Counted from the stretch's first letter, positions 12,721 through 25,985 are shown. The stretch is DNA of 64,000 nucleotides from Ylistrum balloti (GCF_031769215.1 NW_026782030.1:62001-126000); one strand, 5' to 3'. Notes: generated from the letters alone by a model not told the origin. Program-made: numbers and translations.

Positions 12721-14772
12721 AGTTGTACTTGTTAACATTTCGAAGAAAATCGTGTGTGCAAAATAAAGTGTATGAGAGTAATAAAAACTCTGACCACAAA
12801 CAATAGATCTATTACATTAGTTCACCTGCCAGCATCTGGATAATGCTTTTCCTTTACTGAAACATGGAAGGTAAAGAAATATCTACTTAATGAGCGATGG
12901 ATAAGACCACTATTTTGATTAGACAAGACCTTTGTGACCTGTTTTGATCAAATGCTCTTTGGAGTTCCATAAAACTTGAAAAAATAATAATTATATTGAA
13001 ATTGTGATTTTTATCTGCTCAAATTAAGATATATCCAAAGAGCATTGATACTCCATTCTTTTGTGAACTGGTATGTATGCTTTACATTTCCTAATAAACT
13101 ATTTCGCTGAAAATAGTAATGTTTTGTTTACTGAATATATCACCAACCAACACTGAAATAAATTTCACCTATTGTCAAAAATTGAACATTAAATACATGA
13201 CAGCAAAATTTAACTCGGAACTTTTCCAAAACATTACCTGGTACCCAAGCATCATAATTTTGCTGCGGGTAAATGGCAACATCTAAAATCTCACACCAGA
13301 TTGATTTTTTCTTCTTTTTTCAATGTAATGCCCCAATATCCAATTTCATCATGATTGTACCAATGTTAGCCCTTTTTAATTTCAATTGCTTTCCTCATGT
13401 TTTTACTTGGTGGTTCATTGCTGTAGAAATATAACACTCAATTCCGTCCCCCAAAAAACGTGTATTGGTACCTTACATAGATAGTGTTAGATAGTGGTAT
13501 GTTATTCATGTTTAAGGTATTGGTTAGTTTCAACCATTGGTTTAGTAAATGATATTGTTTACAATTCGTTTTAAGGCCATCCACATTGAAGAATTTAATG
13601 AAGAAATAAATTAATGTTTCAGGATAAATTGATGTTACACACAAACTGAAAACATAGGATTTATAACGATTTGATATATAATTTATGAAACCAGTCTAAG
13701 TATTTAAAATTTCAGCAAGCCTTTGTGGAGATAGCAGACGAATTTAAAATCCCTTTTATCACGTCCGCGTCAAACTTAAGCCATCTCGACACAAGATTCA
13801 TAGTTGTCACAATGCATTTCATAAATATGTGACATTATTTCATTTCCTAAACCAGACTCCATGACAAGTGTTATATGGAAAACTATTTCATAGGAATATT
13901 TACTTCATGCCAAACAAATACCAAAAGAACATGACAAACTGAAAACGTGTAGTAATATATATTTACAATATAAAAAGATAACGGTTGAAATCCATAACAT
14001 TTTGTACCCAAAACAAACTTACAATATAGGACTTTGACATATCTTTGTTTTGTGTTTTATAATAAATAACTTCTCTATCAAGCGTACCACAGTCCTTCAG
14101 TTCATGGTGTTATTCTAATGTCGCCCTTTTATGACACCTATTTTCTGACCTCTGATCATATGACGTTGGTATTTAAACTTGAAACAAAGACTCGGAACTA
14201 TATATAGAGATAACTAATTATGTATAAAACTTAAACAATCTTATCCGTTCGTCTTCACAGTGCACAAAACCCGTATACTGTGCCTGTATGCGTCAATCGG
14301 ATCCAATCGTTAAACAGCGTATACCTTATGCTTACTACTTGTGTGGGTTAATTAGATCTATCGTGGATCTCATAAATATTGTATGAATGACCGTGATTTA
14401 ATGGCGAATACGTGCGGTGTCTGACTAACAGGAACTCTTTCGCACCAACAATTATGTGTTAAAGAGAAGGTACTGTATATATTTTATCAAACTTTCATTC
14501 TACAAGCTATATATCATTATTTAGAGTAAATTGTATGTAGTTATGCCGTTGTTTCATTTGTTTTGGCATGTAATGAATTATATCTCATTTGATAACCGCG
14601 TTAATCACCGAGATATAAACGAGACTGGAACATTTTATAGTTATAGGACATCAAACCCGAAGAACAAACAAACATTTTGTAATTTGTTATCTAAGTAAAA
14701 ATATTTATATATTTATGTCTTTTTAAAAAATTGGAACACTTCTTTACTGCAATAACTTAGGAAATATTTTTA

Positions 14773-14788
14773 TCACGTGATGACAACA
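14773..14788 (+). promoter_or_regulatory. E-box-containing proximal element of paralog A (TCACGTGATGACAACA)
   Basis: About 60 nt upstream of the A start codon. Matches the element upstream of paralog B at 15/16 positions. Confidence 0.55.
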
Positions 14789-14838
14789 GAATCAGACCGA
14801 GAATCAAGACAACAAATATATTGGTCACATCTGACAAC

Positions 14839-17800
14839 ATGGAGGAAGAAACACATCACGAGGAGTACTGGATTGCAGAAAGCATTCGGGACACCAAGTT
14901 TGAAGATCTCTACACACTCGGCACAGAATTAGGAAGGTACGATCACTAAAACAAGGACATGAATATTATATCTTTTAGAACAACCATGATTCATTTAAGT
15001 GTCTGTAATACTTAAAGATGTGTTTGTTGTCTGTTAATAGCGATGGTCACAATTGTAAACAACGAGAGATGATATTGACCATTGTTTCATATTAAACAGT
15101 GTATCATTACGTTCGATTGAAGTTTTTATACGTTCATGTCATTATATTAGTATATATATTCACATTGAAGTTCAACTACCACTTATTCATGTACAGTTAT
15201 AGATTAAGCCACTTCTGACGTAAACTCTTTATTTACACTAAGCAATAAAAGATACAAATATAATATGATAGAAAAATATCATTTACTAGTTATGTCATTT
15301 AATTAGAAAGTTTCGACTTTATCTATTTACTTCCCTAGGGGAACAAGTGCAGTGGTCTATCGATGTGAACACAATGGGACTAAGAAGGCGTACGCAGTCA
15401 AGAAAATTCCAAAACAGGTATTATAGATATAATGATTTTAGTAAATCACTATAGTAACAATTGTACTATATAGACACCAATATACTAAACTATGTATCAG
15501 ACCCAGTGTATGTAGAAATGTGTGTCACAAAATACATAATCTTTCACTGTATTGTTACCCGTTTAAATAAAAAGGGTCATTAACAAAGTAACAATTTACC
15601 GATACAAATAATACTGTCATACCCACAAAAGGAGTACTTTGGGTGTAACTAGACGTTACCATATCTCCTACAGAAAGGTTAGAAATCACTCGTGTAGAAA
15701 ATCCAAGTTACACAAAATATCTATATATATCACTTAATTAGAATATTTTTATATCAATTGAAACGACGATTTGATCATTTTACAGCTCTGCCTTTATATC
15801 CACTTCAAATTATCGTTAAAATTCATTAAGTTTTAGTCATCGTCTCAGAAAATAAGTTATTTTTTTTAGCATTAAAGACCTACTTAAGATATTAATCTTA
15901 AGATCTTCAGTTGCCGTTAGAACAATAAAGCTTTCCTTTAAATCAAACAGTAACTTCCAAAGTAAACCTATCCCCGAATCAAGGTCCCTACATACCTGGA
16001 GTCGAACGGCTTACATTGTATATGAGTGATGATCGTGCTAGATAACATTTTAATCAGGATAAGTTGAATGGGTGCTTTATATGTGTATTCACAATAGCCA
16101 ATAACAATGACACATAAATAAGAGTTCATTTCAAATTATTTCTGTATAATATACATACCCTTAAATACTTGTCCTCCGAACTATGATAGATAGATATAAC
16201 ATTGTGACCTGGTAACGACGTAACATTTAAACAAAAAGGGTTATAAAATGTCAATAATCATGTTACGCAGATAAAGTATCGGTTTGTTAGATATAGTGTG
16301 TTTCTGTAACTCCAAAACAAATAACTCAAAATGCGATTCATTATATTAAAAGAAGAAAGAAAATTGTCATAAAAATTGCTTGAAAGGCTTATAAATCGTG
16401 TCTTCAATATCATTATCGTCTGAGTTTCGAGTTATCTCTAATCTTCGCCCATCGCAACCTTTATAATTCACATTGTTGCCATTTCTGTAAGGAGTTAAGG
16501 AAATCTACTTTACATGAGAATTGTAGATATCCGCAGTAACTAACGTATCTATAAGAATGTTTAATTTTCTGAGTGAAAACTGATATTCGGTGTCTTATTC
16601 TATCGAACCAGCAAAGACTGAAATTAACAAAGAGTACCAGTTAACCAGGAATGTATATATGTAATAAATAAATATAATACATATCTGATATAAATAGATA
16701 TCCAATCGCATCTACAATGTAGCTGGTTTAATCGAAATTGTTGTTATATGTCTCTGAATTCTTTCTTGTGACTTTAACAAATATTATATGAAATTAGACA
16801 TTTTCATAAGAAATTAGTAAAATGAATGGTTGTGATGTTACTTACAGAAGGATCGGAAAGTAGTACAAGCCGAGGTTGGAATTTTTCTGCATATCCGACA
16901 TCCCAATGTGGTAAGTAATTATCCAACAGGCTATGTCATTGTGATGTAGTAATCAATTAACATTCATAAAAAGCAGCAGTATTATCCAAGTAATGGTATT
17001 ATCCCAGTGTTGTAAGTAACTTCCATAAGCAGAAAACAATGTTGAAAGTAAACCAACACATAACGATATTGTAAGAGAATAAATACAAATGTTCTGCTGG
17101 TTCAACATCATATTACTTCTATTAATGTCTAAATAATTTAAGAAAATAAAGAAGTGGCTTTCATTGTGCTGTTAACGACATAGATTAATGTACATTATAT
17201 ATTTATATCATCATTCTTCTCTAGATACACATAACAGAACTATATGAGACAAAGACTCACATTTACCTGATGATGGAGCTGGTCACCGGGGGAGAATTGT
17301 TTGACAGGTGAGTATAACAATTAATACAAAGAATAAGAATAGATATACTTTCCGAAACTGTAAACAAATATGTTTTGATAATAACTACAAATAAGGAAGC
17401 TGGAGTATGAAGACACTGATATGTGATTCATAAAGGGTTAGTTTATAAATACATGTATTTGTACGTTGAAAAATAACAAAGAATCGACAATGTCATACCT
17501 TGATTATGTTGAGCTCATTAGTAAAGCGTGTACCTTACTTGAAAAAATATCCTTAAAATCAGAATCGTCGCTCGTGGATCTTTCTCGGAAAAGGATGCAG
17601 CAGAAGCAATGAGAGATATACTGAGAGCGCTAAAGGTAAGCTACGTCGTACAATTTCTTAAGTTTAAGCAAAAGATCATGAAAATCATCCATGCATGATT
17701 TCGAAAGATAGGGTGCAACTGATGTAAAATTACGCCAATACATATTGTTAAAAAGCAATCAAAGAATTCAAATTTTTAATTTGATTTGGTATTGCCAAAT

Positions 17801-20800
17801 ACTAGAAGAAATTGCATCTTTCAGCTATTCCGTCCTTCTAGGACTCGGCAGTGACGCTACTGGTCGTAATTGTTGAAACCTAGCTTTGAGGCTAATGAGG
17901 AAAGTTGAAATAGGTAGAACTAAATTTCAAAACACAACTAGTATTTGTTTCAATGTTAAAGAATATAAATGATTATCCGTTGTACTGACTCATTCAAGAA
18001 ATAACGTTTATTGTTTCACCATTACAGTGCATGCACGACAATGGGGTTGTCCATTATGATGTCAAGGTAGGTATATGCCCATAATGATAGAAAATGCAAA
18101 TGTATCAATACAATCTGTTTCGCTTTGATTTCTGTTTACTTTGTAATACAATACAAATGTGGTTGTAGCTTATTGTTATGTACTGTTTCGTAATGCATCA
18201 GACTCTATTGACAGCAGAAGGAGATAAAGCGTCCTCCCTGGCTTTTAGGATACATGTCTAACTGCAGTTTGGTTCAAACCTGAAATATCCACACATCTTG
18301 GTCAATAGTGCCTGTCTAGCTTCTTGAAATCAAATCCGCTCATGAAAAAATCATCTGTGGCCAGGTAGCTCTACATTCCAGTAGTACATAAAGGAGTCGA
18401 TAGGCTTGGACTTTTAACATTTCTTCTCCACCCCTTAGTGATGTATTAACTTATTAATAGTAATTGTCGTGATGTAATTATTTTTCATGTTATTTGCAGC
18501 CTGAAAATCTTCTGTATGAAAGCAACAAAGACCATTCAAAATTAAAATTAGGTTTGTACAACAAATAGATTATATGCAAAAACATGGAAATATTTAACGT
18601 CCAGAGTTAAAGACCAAACATTTCATTTTCATACATTTATAAACAAATTATACAAAAATGTAACTACTTGGTGAGACTTTTCCACTTGGTTTCAATTGCG
18701 TGCATCTGATGCAATTTATTTTGTGTTGGCATCACATTAACTTTTGCTTTGAAAGTGTTAAGATGCCTACAACACTTGTTGAGCTCCCTAATGTAAGAAA
18801 TATTGTTTAAATGTATGAAGTATTATCACAACTTACCCATGGTGTCTGAATTACAATAATATTTCGACTTTGTTTTCCATGTTTACAGCTGACTTTGCAC
18901 TGTCCCATATTATAGCTGGTGATGTAAGGAGTAACTCAGTTTGTGAGTCCCCAGGATATGTCCGTAAGTATTAAACATCGTCATTTACATTAGTATGTAT
19001 TAGTATATAATGAAACGTGAAATTGTTTAACTATCATAAATTGACGTCCACGATGGGATTTAAACGAGACTATGTATTATCAAAATTTACCATGTTTTCA
19101 GCTCCAGAGGTTTTAACTGGAATCAGCTATAATAAGCCGACAGCCGTGGACATGTGGAGCTGTGGAGTCATTGCTTACATTCTGTAAGTATTGGTCCTAC
19201 CTTTCCTAAGAATGCGTCAAAAATAAACTTCTGTTCAGGAGAGACATGCCCTCTTTCATTTCTGTATATTTGATAGTTCCCATCTCCTGATTTCTTAACA
19301 AATTTAACATATACATTGCACACAGTATTCGATTCAACAGTGTTCGATTCATCCGTATTTAATTTACTAAGATAAAGAGGAGAAAAAATCGGGACCTTAC
19401 GAAACGTTCGACTCATCCGATGTATTCGACTCATGCGTGTTCGACACAAGTGAGTTTTACTGTAAATGTATATATGACATATATGAATGGAAGTGTAACA
19501 TCCTGTATTTATCGATGGTACTTGTGTAAAAGTGTGCTGATTGGATCATTCCATGTTTTATGTTCTATATCTGTGTTAGATATTATGCAAGATTAAGCCA
19601 AATTTTAATTTAAAAAAAACCAGTTTAATTGTAATATATATCATCCAAAATCCAAGACAATCGTTAGAATTGAAGAGAAATAGTACTTAATTCAATATTT
19701 GCAATTGACAATTTAAGCTGATAAACTGATCTTTTTACCGTTTAAAGCGAGATTTACAAAACCATTCTTTTATTTTTAATTGCTTTCATGTAAAGTTGAA
19801 TGGAAAATCATGCCAGATCCTGAAAATGACATATACAATGTATAACATGACGTACAATGTATCATTTCATAACTGTCTGTAATATGTAGAACAATGTATA
19901 AATATACCATATACCTAGCAAACGATACGATTATTTTTACCTTTAGTTTTGAGTGTTATTTTGTATTCTAGACTATGCGGTTATGAACCATTTGAAAGCC
20001 CAACTCATGACGTTAGCGAGATTTACAAGAAAATTCTCAAAGTGGATTACAAATTTGATCCGGCAATCTGGTCAAAGATTAGTGAGAATGCAAAGGTTGG
20101 TATTGAATAAAAATAATCTTCATTTGAATAAAAGGAAATGTTCCATCAAGATTTAATCTGATTTTTCATGTTTCTCTTTTGTTTAACTGTTACCTTCTCT
20201 TGTCGTTTCTGTTAACTTTGAGTGCTATTTTACACATTCAATAAAAAAAAACCGAATCCTATAAGAATGTACCATAAACCCACCGATTCATGAACCGGAC
20301 TATAGATATTGATATAAACATCATTTCATTCCAATATTGATTTACATAAAAATAAACAAAAATAACTTGCAAACATTCATCTCTATTTAACGACGCATAA
20401 TACATTTACGAACGAAAACATGAATAATAATGTAGCCGCGATGGTACCTCCTCATCAGTAGGAATTTTAACATTTATGTTTTTTCCTTTAAGAACAAAAC
20501 CCTTGTATGATACTGTTTCATGAATTCTTTGTTTGGCTTAACTGTATATTATTTTAAATTGCAAAGTGTTTTTTCACCTGCGTACGTTTTATACAGGCAT
20601 TTTAGAGCACACTGACTTAAATAAATGCCAATAATTGTACCTTTCTGCTTTAAAGGATTTTATTAAACGATTACTACAAAAAGATCCAAGGAAGAGATTG
20701 TCAGTAGACGTAGCTCTCCGACACCCCTGGGTGACTGGTATCGCTGCTAAAGGAGATCACCTTATTGAGACCCAGGAGAAAATCCGGGAGTTTAACGCTC

Positions 20801-22412
20801 GGCGAAAGCTAAAGGTAAGAAAAAAATGTGATAGTAAGGATGCATTATTATTATTATCATTGCATTCTTAACGGCCCATCAACCAGTAAAACATACAATT
20901 GCGGCATGACCTGCTTTTTCATTGCCTGGCCGCAGCAAAATTATTGTCTTTTTAACCATCAGTATATAAATGCAGAAATGTTTTATATTTTAACTGCAAT
21001 TTCGAGAAGGATGAACGAACGGTGAAACTGTTAGTGTCTGATTTAGTCATTCCATTTCATGAAGGTGAAAAGTCAACTTAAGGTGAATTCAAGAGCTAGG
21101 GTGGAATTTCTATCGTTCCAAATGACTGAATTTGGTGAATATCAATATTTGTGTTTTGTAAAAGAGCGGAAATTCGAATACCGAATGATGAAATGTTTTT
21201 TGGTTGGTTTTGAAGTTTTATATTTTGAATCAAATACGAGTGAAACAAGCAGGATTTGAAGGAGTTTACTTTAGCTGAATGGTGTATTGCAAAGCCAATT
21301 CATTTCGACGGCTATATAATGATAGTTCGTTAGCCTCTACATAGAGGCTTGCTGTAGGTTTAGTCTTAAAAGCTCCGAGAGCGAGCCGGAGACCTTGACG
21401 ATGAACAGTGTCTAATAATTTGAGATATATAGATCTAGCAGATCCATACACAATGGAACCGTAGTCTAATTTTGATCTAATAAAAGCTCAATAGAGTGTT
21501 AGAAAGGATGTTATGATATCTGATTGTGTATACTAGACTCCAATGTCACGTGACTGGTACCCGTGTTGAGAGCTAAGTTAGGGCAATATTAGCAACGGAG
21601 CAGACTTCAAATACAGAATTAGCTCACAGGGGGGCTAATTCAATGTTCAACTGACAAGGGTTTTTTTTTTCAGAATATTTCACATTTTAAAATTGTAGTA
21701 AAAAATCGAGGTTTGTATTCTGTTTTTATAGTACAAACCTCGATTTTATTTTTAATACTTTTTCAATCATAAAATATTCTGAGGTATGGTTTTCAGTTGA
21801 ACCTATAAATAGAAATTATTTTTAAAAATTTTCATTTACGTTCAATTCGCTCCTTGTGAACAATTAGGTGACAGGAGCAATGGATAGTTGACTAACTATC
21901 TATCCCAACCCTTTCTCCTATTATCAACTAACACGTGTTGTTTGACCATTTCTGTTTATCTTCTTTTCTCGTCTGCAGAAAGACCGTAAAAGCGGACGTA
22001 AAACTCGTTTAGAATAACCATTGAAGGTCATAAGACTCTAAATATACTTTATCTGTTTTACACCAATTGCGAAACAATTTTTTCCAACTTATATCAATCA
22101 CTCTTGTTGTCCCCGATAGAAGCTTCCAGTGTCCCTGCTTATCATCCTTAATTTTCAAGTGAACAACAGACAGATACAACAGAAATCAATTGGTCAGATT
22201 AATTTGGCGCAAGCAAATACTTTATGGTCTACTGTTGCCATTGACGAAGTTCTGACGTGTGGGTGATTATGAAGCGATTTTTATACTGTTTATTGACGTT
22301 TCAGGCAGCAGCAGGCGGGGTTCTCTTCGCAGCCAGAGCTGTGAGGATGATGAACATGAAACCAAAGGTGAAAATACAGCTGGAAAGTAGCCAGATAGCT
22401 ACAGACGCGTAG
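14839..22412 (+). CDS. CAMK4: CaMKIV-like Ser/Thr kinase, divergent paralog A (344 aa; non-RD, DFA)
   Basis: 12 GT-AG exons in continuous frame: 14839-14936, 15339-15417, 16848-16910, 17225-17307, 17563-17635, 18028-18066, 18500-18551, 18889-18963, 19102-19183, 19972-20095, 20656-20814, 22305-22412. Motifs: [89 protein letters not shown]. Confidence 0.9.
19320..19464. mobile_element. Right-end fragment of a Tc1/pogo-type element in intron 9 of paralog A
   Basis: Repeated TTCGA(T/C)TCA subterminal motifs ending TTCGACACAAGTGAGTTTTACTG-TA. The reverse complement resembles the TIR at 6460. Confidence 0.55.
21225..21505 (-). mobile_element. Decayed non-LTR retrotransposon (I/Nimb-like) RT C-terminal fragment
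   Basis: [14 protein letters not shown] [frameshift] [55 protein letters not shown]: the typical post-RT segment, with one stop and one frameshift. Confidence 0.75.
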
Positions 22413-23849
22413 ACGTATGTTCTTTCACTTCACCAGAATAGCTGGTCGCAGAACTTGGACACAATGATAGAGACAAATTGTGCGACATAGGACAACTAGA
22501 TTATTCTATTTTACAGATAAAGACATTTTTATCGTGTATACACGATTGCTTGTCAAAAAACGTTGATTTTTAGTTGAACATTTGTAATACACTGGTTTAA
22601 TTTCACACTGAAGACACTTCGTATGATAAGATACGTCAAAATACATCTAGACAAGTACGCATATATGAATTGCACGTGTTTATAATAGAAGTAGATTAAA
22701 TAGAGCAAAGCAATGAATAAATTAATAACATAACGTTAGGAAACTTATGTAGACCAGACAAAGGAGATCTCTTTAGAAAGGCATTCAAACTTATTCTTCG
22801 ATGTTCATTGTCACATTTTAAAGTTTCCATTGCTTGAAATATTTCGAATAGCTATTTCATCCAAGATAAATAGAAATGACAGATTAAATTAAATATAAAA
22901 TTTCAAAGACTATCTCAACAAAATATATCACTGATTGTGCAATTACCTTGTATTTTACTGACTTTTCCTAGTGCAGGATTTGTTTTCAATGCAATTTTCA
23001 TTGATTTTCTTCCTATTTCTTCCTATTTCCCATGTCTAACATAACAGTATATGAAAACTACGAAAACAGGTTGGAAAATTAGTTCAGAATTACCTAAATG
23101 TTCCAGATCAAGTGAAACCGTTCTTTTGCATAGCATAGTTCCGGTGCCATAAAAAATTCATCTTTCTTGATACCCCCTATTTCTAACAGAGATACTTTCC
23201 TCCAAACACCACATATTTTTCCTTGGCTTAAATTTCGTATAGAGAACGCAGTTTGTTTTAGATAACTGAAGTTGAAATAAACATTTAGAGACAAAAATGG
23301 ATTTTTTATTTAAAGCAATGCCTCATCCTATTAAAACTGGGATCCCGATTTCAACTAAGGATATAAAAAAGATCATCCAAAGTTGTTTTTAAACGGAGCC
23401 AGGACAAATAAAATTAAAAAAAAAAAAAAAAACCAAAAAAACAGGAATTCCAGATTAACGTTTCCAATGTAGATCAAATTCCCGGAACCCCACTTATTAA
23501 AGAAGTTGCACGTAAGTGATTAGAAATATACAATAAATACCTGTAAATTTGTTTGTTTGTTTTTTCTACTTAAACTCTTCTCCGTGAAAGCGAACACATA
23601 CTTTATACACAAAATCGAGTTTTTTTATGTAAACTTTGAAGTCCCTTGTTGTGTGGAATATTCCCGCAGATTTGTTTGTAAAACCTCAGATTTGTTACCA
23701 GGTAGTTATATAGACACATTTGAAGTACAAATATAACAATATCGTATGCATTATAGAGTAACAAGCTAAAAACAGACGACTCACAATGAACTTTTCAAAA
23801 ATTGTTTGAGGAGTGCTACCATATTTGCAGATTCTGAAAATACATTTTC

Positions 23850-24310
23850 CCTTCTTTGGCTACTACAGTCCTCAAGCTTCATTAATCCCTTCTCTGGATA
23901 CCACAGTCCTCAAGCCTCTCCCTCCTTTCTCTGTATACCACAGTCCACAAGCCTCTACCTCCCTTCTCTGGATACCACAGTCCTCAAGCCTTCCCCTCCC
24001 TTCTCTGTATACCATAGTCCTCTAGCCTCCCCCTCCCTTCTCTGGATACCACAGTCCACAAGCCTCTCCCTCCCTTCTCTGTATACCACAGTCCTCAAGC
24101 CTCTCCCTCCCTTCTCTGGATACCACAGTCCACAAGCCTCTCCCTCCCTTCTCTGGGTACCACAGTCCTCAAGCCTCTCCCTCCATTCTCTGGATACCAC
24201 AGTCCACAAGCCTCTCCCTCCCTTCTCTGGGTACCACAGTTCTCAAGCCTTTTCCACTTTCTTCTCTGGATACCACAGTCCACATGCCTCCCCCACCTCC
24301 CTTCTCTGGA
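23850..24310 (+). repeat. 37-bp C-rich minisatellite (about 12 units) with dimeric higher-order structure
   Basis: Unit CTTCTCTGGATACCACAGTCCTCAAGCCTCTCCCTCC. Period 37 (ATA at 23898 and 23935). Confidence 0.9.
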
Positions 24311-25824
24311 ACATGCTGACCTTAAGCTCCCTCATCCCTTTGTCCCCCCCCCCAGCCAGCTCCTCCTCTAGCCATCTATAAGTGCACCCCACAACACCTT
24401 CGGGGAAATATGATAGATTCACTCCATCAACACCTGTTTAATTATTCCTATTACATGTAAAGTCCCTTACTTCACTGATCTACCAACCAGGATTAAAGCC
24501 TTTGTACTCTGCCTCCCTTATACCCACCCGCTAAATATGTCTAAAATTAATACACTTATAATTTTATAATAAAATTATAATTTTGTGGAATCAAATTTTG
24601 TCTCCTACTGCCAAAGTTTTTAACACTTTTCCCATCAATTCTTTCCCTAGCTGTAGATAGGGTTATTAAGTCTTACCATTTTTTATTTTAAAGCACACAG
24701 TGTTATTCATATCTCGTGGTCTATATCATCTCCTCTGGATATTTATGACACAGAAAGTTTAATTCTTATAAACACAAGTACACTGAGTACTGCTAAAGTG
24801 AGACATGTCCCCTACTGACATCTCTAAACTATTACACTATATAGTCATTTAGAAGATAGGGGCAAAATATTTGATACAGAATTTGAATCTACAGTATCCA
24901 CATTTGATCCTAGAAAAAAATTCATGCAAAGAGTTCACCCCCTTAAAAAGTTACAAAAGTGAATGGTGAACCATTGGAAAACTTTGCATGAAGAGTCTGA
25001 CCGGAGTCTGACCAGAAAGGATTCATATTCAAAACATGCTTTTAATGAAGAACCTTCCCCCTCCCCTCCTCTACATCCCCCCATCTCTACCCTTGCCCTC
25101 AAGAACCATTTTGTGAAGTATAAGCATCCTAAAACAACTATTCAGTGAATGGTAAGTTATCATAAAACTTAACCAAAGGTATAAGATGGATGAACTGACA
25201 GATGAATAGACGGATGGACTGGTGGAATGATGGACACAAACGTAACTTAACACATGTTAGTAAATCCATCTATCCCTCGCCCCCTGCTCTAACAGTAAAG
25301 GACTGGTAACAAAACAACTTCAGTCTAGGCAGCTTTGTATCATATACAGATACATAAGTATAATGAAAAACCACTCTTAAATCCTCCAGCACAAATCCGG
25401 CCAGAATCGATGAAAGGCCTTCTGCCATTTTGACACAATAAAGTGTTGTTAAAAAATTTACACATGATGAGAGAAAAACAATTTTTTATGATTTCTTTAT
25501 TGATCAATAATTGATTTATTAATAAAGAACACTGATGCGTATTGAAAGACTTTTAAGTAATTATATCAATTAATCACAGACATAATTATTGATAACAGAG
25601 CTGTTAGTCTGTAAATGTAGAATGTCAAGAAATATATTATAAAACTTGATTATGAAGACAATTCCATCCATCGACTGCAGCATTTTTCTATTCGTGTTTA
25701 GTAAATTAAAAGAAACTCAAGTGAATGAGAAAATATATAACATAAGATAAATATGTATGGAACTACATGCATGCACCTTCATGCAGCTATCAAATATTTC
25801 AGAACATTTTCTACTGGTTGGTAA

Positions 25825-25985
25825 TGTCAATGAAACAAAAGTTCTTATAACACAATCAGTGAAAGGATGTCAGTGCTAGTATGCTCCACATTGGTCTGAT
25901 GAAGGTGCCTGTGTGGTCATCAAAATGTCACACTCTAATCTTCTACCGGTTGTGTCATAAGGACTTCTTTTCTATAGCTATCAAA
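25825..25985 (+). mobile_element. Short Penelope-like remnant with hammerhead-like core and inverted terminal copy
   Basis: CTGATGA at 25896 followed by a hairpin and AAAATGTC-ACAC. The left flank AAGTTCTTATAACACAATCAGT is an inverted copy of the right flank CCGGTTGTGTCATAAGGACTT. Homologous to 47115-47250. Confidence 0.5.

Noticed and set aside
23806-24381. 191-aa Ser/Pro-rich ORF and overlapping antisense ORFs
   Set aside because: Translations of the 37-bp minisatellite, with no splice or start context.
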